From: a virus
Length of the DNA stretch: 64,000 nt
IMG/VR virus record: IMGVR_UViG_3300009370_000018
Span: 4,396-68,395 of that record
Direction: 5' to 3' (one strand)
Shown: positions 1 to 10,100 of the stretch, one piece after another
Layout: each line of letters starts with the position of its first letter
Numbering within the stretch: position 1 is the stretch's first letter
Position numbers and translations under genes: made by a program
Notes under the pieces: model-generated
Seen by the model: only the letters and a program-made list of their open reading frames with translations
Database searches by the model: none
Told to the model about the DNA's origin: nothing

Positions 1-1
1 G

Positions 2-472
2 GGAGAGACGCCTGAGTTTATTGCCACGGCTTATTATGGATCGCCTAAATTTCATTGGGTAGTTCTTTTAACCAACGAAATGACAGATCCACATTGGGAT
101 TGGCCACTGCCTTCTGTTCAATTTGAAAAGTATATAGTTGCCAAGTATGGAAGTCTTGAGGCTGCATCTACGACAACACACCATAACGAGACAATAGAGT
201 TGAAGGCGGAGGTTTCTGGTTATGGCTATGAAGTGGGTGATGTTTATTTGGCTGGGGGAGTACATTGTAACAGCGACTTTACATTTTCTGTTGCCGGAGA
301 GTCTGTAGCTGATTTTCAAAAACATCAATGTGTAAAAAATGTGTCGAATTATGATTATGAACATAAGTTGAACGAGAGTAAAAGGAAAATTAAATTATTA
401 GACAGGCAATATTTGGGTAGTTTGGTTGAGCAGTTTGAAAGAATAGTGGGATCTACAGTCGGCCGAGGATAA
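2..472 (+). CDS. gp53: Baseplate wedge subunit gp53-like (5' truncated)
   Basis: Frame is open from base 2: GETPEFIATAYYGSPKFHWVVLLTNEMTDPHWDWP...NYDYEHKLNESKRKIKLL, matching gp53 motifs; lies upstream of gp5. Confidence 0.9.
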   Translation, partial: GETPEFIATAYYGSPKFHWVVLLTNEMTDPHWDWPLPSVQFEKYIVAKYGSLEAASTTTHHNETIELKAEVSGYGYEVGDVYLAGGVHCNSDFTFSVAGESVADFQKHQCVKNVSNYDYEHKLNESKRKIKLLDRQYLGSLVEQFERIVGSTVGRG

Positions 473-474
473 AC

Positions 475-1806
475 ATGGCGTTTAAAGAAGAAAGATTACA
501 GAGGCCTGGCGAACCAAAGGTCACAAATATTGACATACATGTACCAAGAGGTGATTTGGTTGATGTAATAGGCTTGTTTGGAAGTCTTACATTAACAGAA
601 GATTTATTCACACCTCATATAGCAGGAAGAGTTGAACTTTCCGATTCGATTAATTTACTTGATAGTTATAACTTAACAGGCGAAGAAAGAGTTCGCGTTA
701 GATTTGGCACTCCAACTTTGCCTGTTATTGATTTTGAAGGATCTGTTACGGGATATTCTCCTAGGATTATGCCCACTGATGCTGCAATGATTTATTCATT
801 TGATTTTATATCACCGGAAGCTATTTCATCTATAACAAGAAGGGTTCGTAAAGGATATCATAAATTATCTTATTCTGATATGGCCAAAAAAGTGTACAGC
901 GCATATCTGGCTAGTGTTGGTTCTGTTACTGATCGGCCAGTTAAAAAATTTAGATCTATGCCTTCGACAGGACTTGCTACTATTGCCATTCCTGGTTGGA
1001 GGCCGCTCGACACATTAAGCAAATTGGCTGCTCGGGCTACAGATGTAGTGCCTTATAAAAATTCTACGTTTACATGCACTGAACTTTGCGACGATGGAAC
1101 AGGAACAATAGGAGGATATTATTTTTATTCGTTAGAAAGGTTATGGGAAGATCCCAAGATTTCTGCGAAATATGTTTGGTCGCCAAAAGGTGCTGACACA
1201 TTTAATCAACATAAAAACGCAGACGATTTTTATTCTGTTAATCGTTGGACAGAAAAAAAGAGAATGAATACGGTTGATAATATTTTATCTGGAATGTATT
1301 CTAGTAGAGTTGTTACCCACGATTTATGGAAGAGAGTTTTATATTACACGGATCATAATTATAAGTCATTTTTTGAAAGGTCACTTCATTTAAACACTAG
1401 CACATCTGGACATTCGGCTGCTCATACTAGGACTAAAGAGTTGACCGAAAGGCCTGAGAGTCGTGAATTTTATGTTGTAAAGCAGAAGGCATATGGCGAT
1501 TCATTTGGTCCCACAATGGACGCTTTTAATGAGGTTGATCTTTTGAATCGAAATGCAACAATGCAGGCGTTATTTGGAAATCAAGTCATTGAACTTTCTG
1601 TTCCTGGAGATAGTCGCCGAAGATGTGGAGATATTATTAATTTTTCTATTCCATCGCCCGGATCACGTGGAACGGTTTCAGGAGGAACGCCTTCTAAGGA
1701 CAAGTACATCACAGGTAATTATTTGGTGACTGCCGTGACACATAAAATACTTTCTGATCCGTCGTCATATGAAACTGTTATGGAATGTTGTAAAGAGTCG
1801 TCTTAA
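475..1806 (+). CDS. Putative baseplate hub / tail protein (gp27/gpD-like fold)
   Basis: 443 aa between gp53 and gp5; motifs TEDLFTPHIAG, GYYFYSLERL, SVPGDS..CGDIINF, GNYLVTAVTH resemble phage hub proteins. Confidence 0.65.
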   Translation: MAFKEERLQRPGEPKVTNIDIHVPRGDLVDVIGLFGSLTLTEDLFTPHIAGRVELSDSINLLDSYNLTGEERVRVRFGTPTLPVIDFEGSVTGYSPRIMPTDAAMIYSFDFISPEAISSITRRVRKGYHKLSYSDMAKKVYSAYLASVGSVTDRPVKKFRSMPSTGLATIAIPGWRPLDTLSKLAARATDVVPYKNSTFTCTELCDDGTGTIGGYYFYSLERLWEDPKISAKYVWSPKGADTFNQHKNADDFYSVNRWTEKKRMNTVDNILSGMYSSRVVTHDLWKRVLYYTDHNYKSFFERSLHLNTSTSGHSAAHTRTKELTERPESREFYVVKQKAYGDSFGPTMDAFNEVDLLNRNATMQALFGNQVIELSVPGDSRRRCGDIINFSIPSPGSRGTVSGGTPSKDKYITGNYLVTAVTHKILSDPSSYETVMECCKESS

Positions 1807-1823
1807 AGAAAGGATTTACATCT

Positions 1824-3431
1824 ATGGAAGTATGGAAAGGTGTAGTAGAAAATCGAATGGATCCTGAATTTTTGGGAAGATGCCAGGTGCGTATAACTGG
1901 ATATCATTCTCAATCTAAAGAGGAGACACCGACTAGTACATTACCTTGGGCATATCCTATGATTCCTTTTAATTCCGACCAAGGAAGCGTTAAGGCTCCT
2001 AAAGAAGGAACATGGTGTGTTGGTTTTTTTCAGGATCCTGATTGTGAGCATCCTCTTATTTTGGGGCAATGTGATACAGGACTTGCTAATTTCATGCCAG
2101 ATCCAGATGACCCTAAACGTCCATTGGCCATATTACCAGATGGTGCAGTTCCTGGTGTGACTAGCAGACAATTTATGAGCGAGGCAGCTAATAGCGTGTC
2201 AACTTCAAGTCAAGGAGAGGCAATTATTCGTGATGCTGGTGCAGGTGAGAGCAATGCCGCAAAAATTAGAGGAGTTACATCACAGGTAATTAAGTCTGGT
2301 TTGCGAGCAACTGTTGGTGACCTACCTCGATTGATATATGATGCGACTGGGGAAGAGGACTTTACAACAAGCCAGTATATGGAAGTAAAGGGTATGTTTG
2401 AATCTCTTTCTGAAGAGGATTTAAATAAATTGAATCCCAATGACCGAAGTATAGTAGACGCTGTAATACAGACTACCACAGAAGAATTTTTAGATGCGAT
2501 GACAGGTAAGATAAATTTAGTAGTTAATGAGTATAAACGGGTAGGTGATTATGTTGATGTTACAGATGATGGGGGAAGTGTTTATCGTGTTGCTGTAGCT
2601 AGAACTGCGTCACAGTTAGAGAAAGATGCACTTGAATTAAAGCTCGCCGAAGATGCTTTACAGGGAGATGGAGTTTTAAGTAAGGAAATGGGGAAGTCTC
2701 GTCCTACCTTAGATGAAATTGTGGATCATCTTCGTGCCAAAGATGCAGAAGCTGTTAATATAGAAGCTCCGTCTAGTGTAGAGGGGGAGGTGGTAGAGCC
2801 GGGAATTGTAGAACCGGGAACTCCAGTAGGATCTGGTGCGTCATTGCAAAAGGTTGGACAGGTGGCGTATAATGCAGCAGAACTCATAGGAGGATTAACA
2901 ACGGCTACTGCCTCTCTTGTTACCTTGGATGTTGGGGGAGATAAATTAAAGGCTACGAGTCAGGTACTAAGTGCCACAATTGCTGTGGGGAACCTTGCTC
3001 TTCCGGCAATAGATGCAGGGGTAGCAGTTGTAGATGCGCTAGATGCAGAAGCATTAAGTGCATATGGCGCAGAGATTGAAGGTTGGCTTGCAAATGCTGG
3101 AGAATTAGCCAACCAGGGTGTTGAATCGATTGAAAATGTGGGGAGAAATGTTTTGGAGACTTTTTCAGATGCTCCTGATGTTCTTGATAAGATTGTTAGT
3201 GGGGAGTATGAATGGGATGATATAGAAAAATCAGTAGCCGAATTTAGCACTTCAGGATTAACTGGTGCCGGAATTAGAGTTGGAGTTGTCATTGCATTAC
3301 AGCAACCTGAAGTTCAAAAAGCATTAGCCAGAACACTTCAAGTTATTTCTATTCTTCAGAAAATACAACAAGTTATTAAATTGGGTAAGGTTATTCAGGT
3401 TAAGCTCAAAGCACAGAGCCTCATATCATAA
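1824..3431 (+). CDS. gp5: gp5 N-terminal part (OB-fold) fused to a long Ala/Leu-rich helical region
   Basis: WKGVVENRMDPEFLGRCQVRITGYH...LPWA...EGTWCVGFF is the gp5/VgrG OB-fold signature; no lysozyme motif seen. Confidence 0.8.
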   Translation: MEVWKGVVENRMDPEFLGRCQVRITGYHSQSKEETPTSTLPWAYPMIPFNSDQGSVKAPKEGTWCVGFFQDPDCEHPLILGQCDTGLANFMPDPDDPKRPLAILPDGAVPGVTSRQFMSEAANSVSTSSQGEAIIRDAGAGESNAAKIRGVTSQVIKSGLRATVGDLPRLIYDATGEEDFTTSQYMEVKGMFESLSEEDLNKLNPNDRSIVDAVIQTTTEEFLDAMTGKINLVVNEYKRVGDYVDVTDDGGSVYRVAVARTASQLEKDALELKLAEDALQGDGVLSKEMGKSRPTLDEIVDHLRAKDAEAVNIEAPSSVEGEVVEPGIVEPGTPVGSGASLQKVGQVAYNAAELIGGLTTATASLVTLDVGGDKLKATSQVLSATIAVGNLALPAIDAGVAVVDALDAEALSAYGAEIEGWLANAGELANQGVESIENVGRNVLETFSDAPDVLDKIVSGEYEWDDIEKSVAEFSTSGLTGAGIRVGVVIALQQPEVQKALARTLQVISILQKIQQVIKLGKVIQVKLKAQSLIS

Positions 3432-3452
3432 TAAAAAGGAGGAAGAAATCGA

Positions 3453-4778
3453 ATGGCTGCTCCGCATAAAAACACAACAGAGTTGCAAGAAAAAATTAAT
3501 GATACTTTTAGTCCGCCACCACCTCATAGTTGGGGCCATACTGATGGCGGACCGATTAGTCAAGTTGACCTTGATTCAATAAATATAAGTATTTCAACTT
3601 TACAAGAACAGGTTTTTGGCACCACTAAGGCTTTGCAGTCGCTTATAGAGGCTACCAAATTAGGGCTTATATCCATCCCTACTGATGGCATTACCGAAGG
3701 TCCTGCAAAGGATGCTGTCCTAAATGCCATTGAAAAATTTGGTAAAGCGGAACAAGAAGATGTTGCAGCCACTAAAACTTCTACTAATTTTATTGAGCGA
3801 ACAGCAAAGATACAAGATAGATTAAATGAGGCAACTGATGTATTGAGTTCTATAGATCATCTTCAGAGACTTAGTGAGTTTGTTGACAGGGATGATTATC
3901 CTACCAACCGTCCTGTTCCTGGACTTCCTGCTGCTTCTTTTGTGGATGTTAATGACGCAACAGGAACAGTTACGATTGCAGATGTTCATGATAGTGCTCC
4001 ATATGAACCAAATGAAGTTAATGTTCCTAGGTTGGCGCGTGGTGTATCGAAAGGAACTATAACAGAATCGCATATGGGTAGTAAGGGGCTTGTGATTACT
4101 CCGTCTGGTAGGATTGGAAAAGAACCAGACAATCCTTTCGCGGCAGTTTATCCTTTTAACCGAGTTGAGTTGTCTGAGAGTGGGCATGTTCGTGAGACAG
4201 ATGATACCCCAGGGGCCGAAAGGATCAAGGAGTCGCATCGCACAGGAACTTTTTATGAAATTCATCCAGACGGAAAAAAGGTGAGCAAAGTCATGAATGA
4301 TCATTTTAAGGCAACCATGGGAGACGATTGGCAGAAGGTTGAGGGATCGAGTGCTCTTCATACAGGGGGAGATGCCGAAACGTTTTCTCAAGGCTCGGCT
4401 TCAATAATGGCTGTTGGAGTTGCGTCTATGTTTGGTATGGGGGCAGTTGATATTACATCGGTCGGAACTTTGCAATGCATGGGATATGCCGATGCTACCT
4501 ATGGTTCTTTGGGGATTACAACTGTAGGAGGTGGAGCAGCCCTTACGTTGAGTGCCGATGGGGTTACAGATATTGGAGGCACGGGAGGAGTACATATAGG
4601 ATCGGTTGGTAATATAGGTCTTAAATGCGGTGCCGCTTCGGCAGTACCAGGAGGCCTTGCGGCTGGTTCCAATATTGTTTTATTTCCTGCTGGTATAATG
4701 CTTCAGACGATAGGAGTTATAACACTCTCTGATAGTACCGATCCGTTAGCAGTTGGTGTGAAATCATTAACAGTTTGA
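3453..4778 (+). CDS. gp5: gp5 C-terminal part (central spike beta-helix)
   Basis: YPFNRVELSESGHVRETDDTPGAERIKESHRTGTFYEIHPDG is the gp5 motif preceding the needle; own RBS aaggagga at ~3436-3443. Confidence 0.85.
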   Translation: MAAPHKNTTELQEKINDTFSPPPPHSWGHTDGGPISQVDLDSINISISTLQEQVFGTTKALQSLIEATKLGLISIPTDGITEGPAKDAVLNAIEKFGKAEQEDVAATKTSTNFIERTAKIQDRLNEATDVLSSIDHLQRLSEFVDRDDYPTNRPVPGLPAASFVDVNDATGTVTIADVHDSAPYEPNEVNVPRLARGVSKGTITESHMGSKGLVITPSGRIGKEPDNPFAAVYPFNRVELSESGHVRETDDTPGAERIKESHRTGTFYEIHPDGKKVSKVMNDHFKATMGDDWQKVEGSSALHTGGDAETFSQGSASIMAVGVASMFGMGAVDITSVGTLQCMGYADATYGSLGITTVGGGAALTLSADGVTDIGGTGGVHIGSVGNIGLKCGAASAVPGGLAAGSNIVLFPAGIMLQTIGVITLSDSTDPLAVGVKSLTV

Positions 4779-4816
4779 TTAATTAGGATAAATAGAACAA
4801 ACGAAGGAAAATTAAT

Positions 4817-5212
4817 TTGGCCTATCCATCAACAAAAACATATCACGACTTGGATCTTAATTTTACAGCCCATCCTAATACCAAGAAACTAAATATCCTT
4901 ACAGGAGAACAGTCCATAAAGAGGGCAGTCAGAAATTTGATATTGACAGAGCATAATGAAAGACCCTTTCATCCTGATCTCGGTTCTAGCGTCACGTCAT
5001 ATTTGTTTGAAAATGCAGACACACGCACGGCCACTAAAATACAACATGAAATAGAATCTGTATTAAATAATTATGAACCTAGAATAAATTTAAATAGGGT
5101 TAGTGTTCATGTGAGTCCTGATCAGCATGGTTTTTATGTTACGTTATATTATTTTATTGAAAGAGTACCAGCCGAACAAGTGTCAGAACTATTTTTAGAG
5201 AGAGTAAGATAA
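4817..5212 (+). CDS. gp25: Baseplate wedge subunit gp25
   Basis: DLDLNF..HP...SIKRAVRNLILT...ERPFHPDLGS...YEPRI; TTG start. Confidence 0.93.
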   Translation: MAYPSTKTYHDLDLNFTAHPNTKKLNILTGEQSIKRAVRNLILTEHNERPFHPDLGSSVTSYLFENADTRTATKIQHEIESVLNNYEPRINLNRVSVHVSPDQHGFYVTLYYFIERVPAEQVSELFLERVR

Positions 5213-5213
5213 C

Positions 5214-7169
5214 ATGGCGACTACATCAGTAACAAATGCGTTAAAGGTATCTGAACTTGACTTTGATCAAATAAAGGCTGCCTTTAAAACTTTTTTGAGA
5301 AATCAGGATCAATTTACCGATTATGATTTTGATGGTTCTGGCATGTCTATTCTGTTAGACATTCTTGCATATAACACACACTATAATGCATTTTATGCCA
5401 ATATGCTGGCCAGTGAAATGTTTTTGGATAGTTCTGTTGTTCGTGATAATGTTGTATCAAGAGCAAAACAGTTAGGTTATACACCTAGGTCGATGAAAGG
5501 TTCTGTTGTCGATGTGAGCTTATCATTCATTAGTTCGACTCTTGGTGAGACAGGATCTGCAACACTTAATATTCCTAAGTATACGCCATTTGTGACAACA
5601 ATAAATGATGAGACATATACTTTTTTGACAACTAAAATAGAATCTGCAATAATGGTAGATCCTAATACAACCAGATCTACTTATATTGCCACAAATGTTC
5701 AGTTGAAGGAGGGTGTGGCATTTAGTGAAAGTTATATTTCTACAGGACAGTCATCTCAAAAGTTTATTATACCTAGTGCAAATGTGGATATTAGTACCTT
5801 ATCTGTTACTGTAGATTGAAACAATTTTAATAAAAAAGAAAATTATACTGAATTTGGGGCCACTAGTAATGTCTTCTTTGTGCAAGAGGTAGCGAGTCAG
5901 CACCATGAGATATATTTTGGTGATGGGGTTGTGGGTAGAGGTTTATTGTCTGGGCAGGTTGTGAGGGCTGAATATGCAGTATCTATGTTGGGTCCGGAAG
6001 GAAATAATATAAGAACCTTCACCTTAGGTGATACTTTTTATGCCGAAGATGTTTTAATTAGTTCGGCTATCGTCAACTTGACTGATCCTGATTCCTCATC
6101 TAATGGTGGTGAAGAAAGAGAGACAGTAGATTCAATTAAATTTTTGGCGCCTTTGAATTTTGAATCCCAAAATAGATCGGTGACTACTGGAGATTATCGT
6201 TCTCGGGTATTGAATGATGTTGTGGGAGTAGATGCCGTTAATGTCTGGGGAGGTGAGAATAATAGTCCGCCCGAATATGGCAAAGTTTATATATCAGTTA
6301 AGCCAAAAGAAGGATATGTTTTTTCAAATATAGACAAACAAAACATAAAGACCACAATAAGGGAACAAAATATAGCATCTATTACTCCTGTAATTGTAGA
6401 ACCGGAATATCTATATCCTGCATTAACTATTCAGGTTATGTATGATCCATCTGAGACATCTTATTTGGCGACAAATTTAAGAGGACTTGTTCTTAGTACA
6501 ATTACCAACCATTCGGCTACTGCATTAAATAAATTTAATAGTTATTTCAGGTCATCTATTTTAAGTGGATTAATTGATTCCACAGAGAGGTCTATTAAAA
6601 GTAATTTGATGGATGTGCAATTAAGAAAACCTTTCACACCATCCCTTAATATAAATTTGGATTATGTTATAGGGTTTTCTAATCCAATATATCATCCTCA
6701 CGATGGCCATAAGCCTGTATTAAGATCTACATTGTTTTCTTATCTTCACAATAATTCTATATATTTGGATTGTTCTTTGGATGATACTGATGGTGTCGTG
6801 AGGGTTATTCAAATACGAGTAGACGGCAGTAGAAGAATAATTACAAATGTTGGTACAGTTAATTATTCTACTGGTGTTGTTGTGTTGGAGGACTTTGTTC
6901 CCTTTTCTATTAATAATGGATTGAGCACCATTAGTGTAACAGTAAAACCGAATGCTCGCGATCTTATTCCTTCGTTTAATCAAATTATCACAATTGATCC
7001 ATCTGATATTACTATTACTATGGTTGACGATACTTTATTAACATCTACTAATAGACAAGATATAACTGATGTGTTTAGTGTGTCTAGGGGATTGTATTCT
7101 ACCGATATTGATTCTGGATCTGATAGTGGAGGCGGAGGTGGAGGATCAGGATCTGGCGGGACATATTAG
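5214..7169 (+). CDS. gp6: Baseplate wedge subunit gp6, one reading frame interrupted by a single in-frame TGA at 5817-5819
   Basis: N-part LDFDQIK...DYDFDGSGMSILLDILAYNTHYNAFYANM; C-part QNRSVTTGDY, WGGENNSPPEYGKVYIS, GTVNYSTG. ORFs 5214-5819 and 5880-7169 share a frame and are joined by 20 sense codons after the TGA. Confidence 0.88.
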
Positions 7170-7181
7170 GGTGATATTATA

Positions 7182-10100
7182 ATGGTAACTGCTAATGCAA
7201 TCATACGACAAACTTCATTTTTAATCAAGGATCAAGTTCCTGGTTTTGTTCGTGATGATCATCCGCAGTTTATTTCTTTTTTGGAACGATATTATGAGCA
7301 TCTTCAAAGTGCCAATACTGGAATTTATGATTCCGTATCGAACACTTATTTTATGGGCCCTGTATATTTCAGTAAGAATGCTCTTGAGTATGTGGATCTT
7401 GATACGGCTGATTTTGAGAGATTTCTTGATGGTTTTAAAAAAGAATTTTCGCCTAATATACCAAAGCAATTAGACTCTGTTGTAGACACTTCTACTTTCT
7501 ATAAGAATATTTTGGATTTTTATCGGGCCAAAGGAACAGAAAATTCTTTCAAATTGTTGTTTCGTCTTTTATATAATGAAGAGATTGAACTCTATTATCC
7601 AAATCGAGATATCCTAACGGTTAGTGGGGGATCTTTTTCTCCAGAAGTTCGTATCCGACTTGGGACCACTGATAATATTGAAGATATTGTGGGGAGAAGA
7701 ATCTATGGCGCGACCTCTGGTGTCTATGCGACAGTCGAGCGTATTGAAAGAACCTATGATAACATTCAATTTCCTTGGAGAGATCCTGCGGATAGAGATG
7801 ATGGCATCACCTTTGTATATTTGAATAAGTTTTCTATTGGTAACACTACAGTGACACAGACAGAGTTTGATATAGGTGAACTGATCTATACAGGAAACGT
7901 GACGGGGAATCATGTCAACACGATCATTCATGCATCGCCCACAAAGGCTGTTTTCTATGACGACTTTAGTGGATATGCCAATGCCAATTATTTTCTCGCG
8001 CCTTCTGATAACAGGGGTTCATTGACAGACTCAATAGAAAGGCCTAATGGTGAGTATAGTTTGGTCAATTCAATTTCTACCATCACAGGGTCTTATGGTA
8101 GTCGGTGGTATGATAGATGGAGTAAGAGAGGAGCGAATGTTTATTCGTATGTTCCGTATGGGGCAAGTAATAACTATGTTAATCCAGCCATATCATTTAT
8201 AGAGGATGTATCGGCCTCTGGCGGGAAAGTTTTGGTGGTTGGCAATGAGGGCACAACACATGGTCCTATTCTTAATGGGAGTTTAGGTAAAGAAGACCGT
8301 GTAAATTTAATCCATAACGATAATATTTTAATAGACAAGAATAAGTTGTATAGATTTTCTGTGCGCGTAAAAGATCCACATTCAGATAATTTTGATTTGA
8401 ATTATCGTTATGGCGAAGCCTTACAATTCAATAGTGGGTATTCGGCGTTAGGATCGGATGGCGAGTCCTATATTAAGAGTGGTTATATTCATCCTGGAGA
8501 TCATTTTATTCTTAGTTCTGAATATCCTTCTGGGGCAATGTCTGCCAATGGAGCAGATTTAACTGGAAATAATCCTTCGTGGACTACAGATTGGAGAGTT
8601 TTTCAATCATATGCGACAGGTTCAGGAGCGGGTCAGTTGGCTGGCCACGGAAACGTCATGGAATTCTCTAATACTGCCGCATCAAATTTTGAATATCCTA
8701 GGCGCGTCTTTTCGTATCCAAACGAAACGGCATCTTTTGGTGCAGATACGACATATATACGTCCTATTATTGATGTCGAGCATACTCATAATTATGTGCA
8801 TAGGGCATATTCTGTGTTCGATGCGCCTGTAAGTTCTTATGAGATAGAGGAAAGCCCTTCTGCGTCCAATACCTATCCGATCCACATTCATGGTCCTAGT
8901 TATGGTGGTGGGTGGAGGGGTTATATCAATACGATTTCGAGTCTCATAACAGCATGTACCGATGGGTTTTCTACTGCAAATTCGTTCGAGGTAGAACTAA
9001 TTGACGATCTTTCTACCCAGTCAGCCTGGCCAAAAGCGACAGTATTTGCAAATGCCCATATCTATACGAGATCTGCTTTTGTTTCTAATACGACATACAA
9101 TAAAGATGCTCCCTTTATTATACAAATTCCAAAGGGAAAGCGTTGGGTCTTGTCGTATTATGCCTCTACGAATAATCATACTCAGACGGAATGTCGTATG
9201 GAGGTTTGGTTTAAGGATTCGACGCAGCCTAGTTCAAATATTTTTATGATAACCGACGGAGCGCCTACTAATTCTGCTGATGCGGGTTATTTTCATGCAA
9301 CAGATGCATGGGAAAGAAGGCACCTTGTTTTTAATTTTGCAAATACTACCTCTCCAATTCTTGGTGATGGTACAACTGATGATACAAATGTTACGCTCGT
9401 AGAGCATTACGACCAGGGCCCTAATAGCTTCTCTTCTTTCGTGGGAGGAGGGGGAGGATTAAGATTTGCTAAAGATAGGACAAGTTCAGATGGGGCTGCC
9501 GATCCTTGGTCTGGTGATACCTATGCCGCAAATGTAGATACTATTCTATTAAAGCTCGCCTCTGCAAATTCGTCGGGTGCCTATGGTACTGTTTCGGTTA
9601 GAGTCGCAGGTATTCAATTAGAAGAGGCTGCTAATAATACTACAGTAAATGCCTCTCCTTTTAGATCTCAAGGCGACGACTCTGGTGGCAGTCAGATCTA
9701 TGTGGACTACTACAAGATCGAAGAGATGGGAACGATAGAACCTTTGACAGATGCTCCACAGTATCTTGACGAGTCGTCTCATCTGTCCACAAAGAGTGCA
9801 GTCATGCAGGACAACTATTACTATCAGCAGTATGCCTATGACATCAGATCGCAACAGGACTTTAAGGACTATACGTCTATTGTAGAGGCGGCCGTGCATC
9901 CGGCTGGGTTCAAGAGATTTGGAACAAAGGTTGTGTATCCTGATGATGTTGGGCCAGGCACCAGTGGAACAGCTGGCTATAAAATGGCACCGGATGAGGA
10001 GGGTGGTGGTGATGATGAGAGTGGCGTTGCAATGAAAACATCATTCATTAGCAATCAAGACGATCCTTTTACTCCATATTCTGTCAACTCGTTAGCAGGC

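Noticed and set aside
3429-3455. gp5 split as a sequencing error or readthrough
   Set aside because: Two tandem TAA stops plus a strong RBS for the second gene indicate a real gene boundary
5817-5819. Genome-wide TGA reassignment or selenocysteine
   Set aside because: TGA ends other genes at expected positions (e.g. gp14 at 55085), the very long ORFs contain no in-frame TGA, and the downstream sequence is AT-rich with no SECIS-like hairpin
7110-7169. Gly/Ser tail of gp6
   Set aside because: Such tails are common in gp6 of marine T4-like phages
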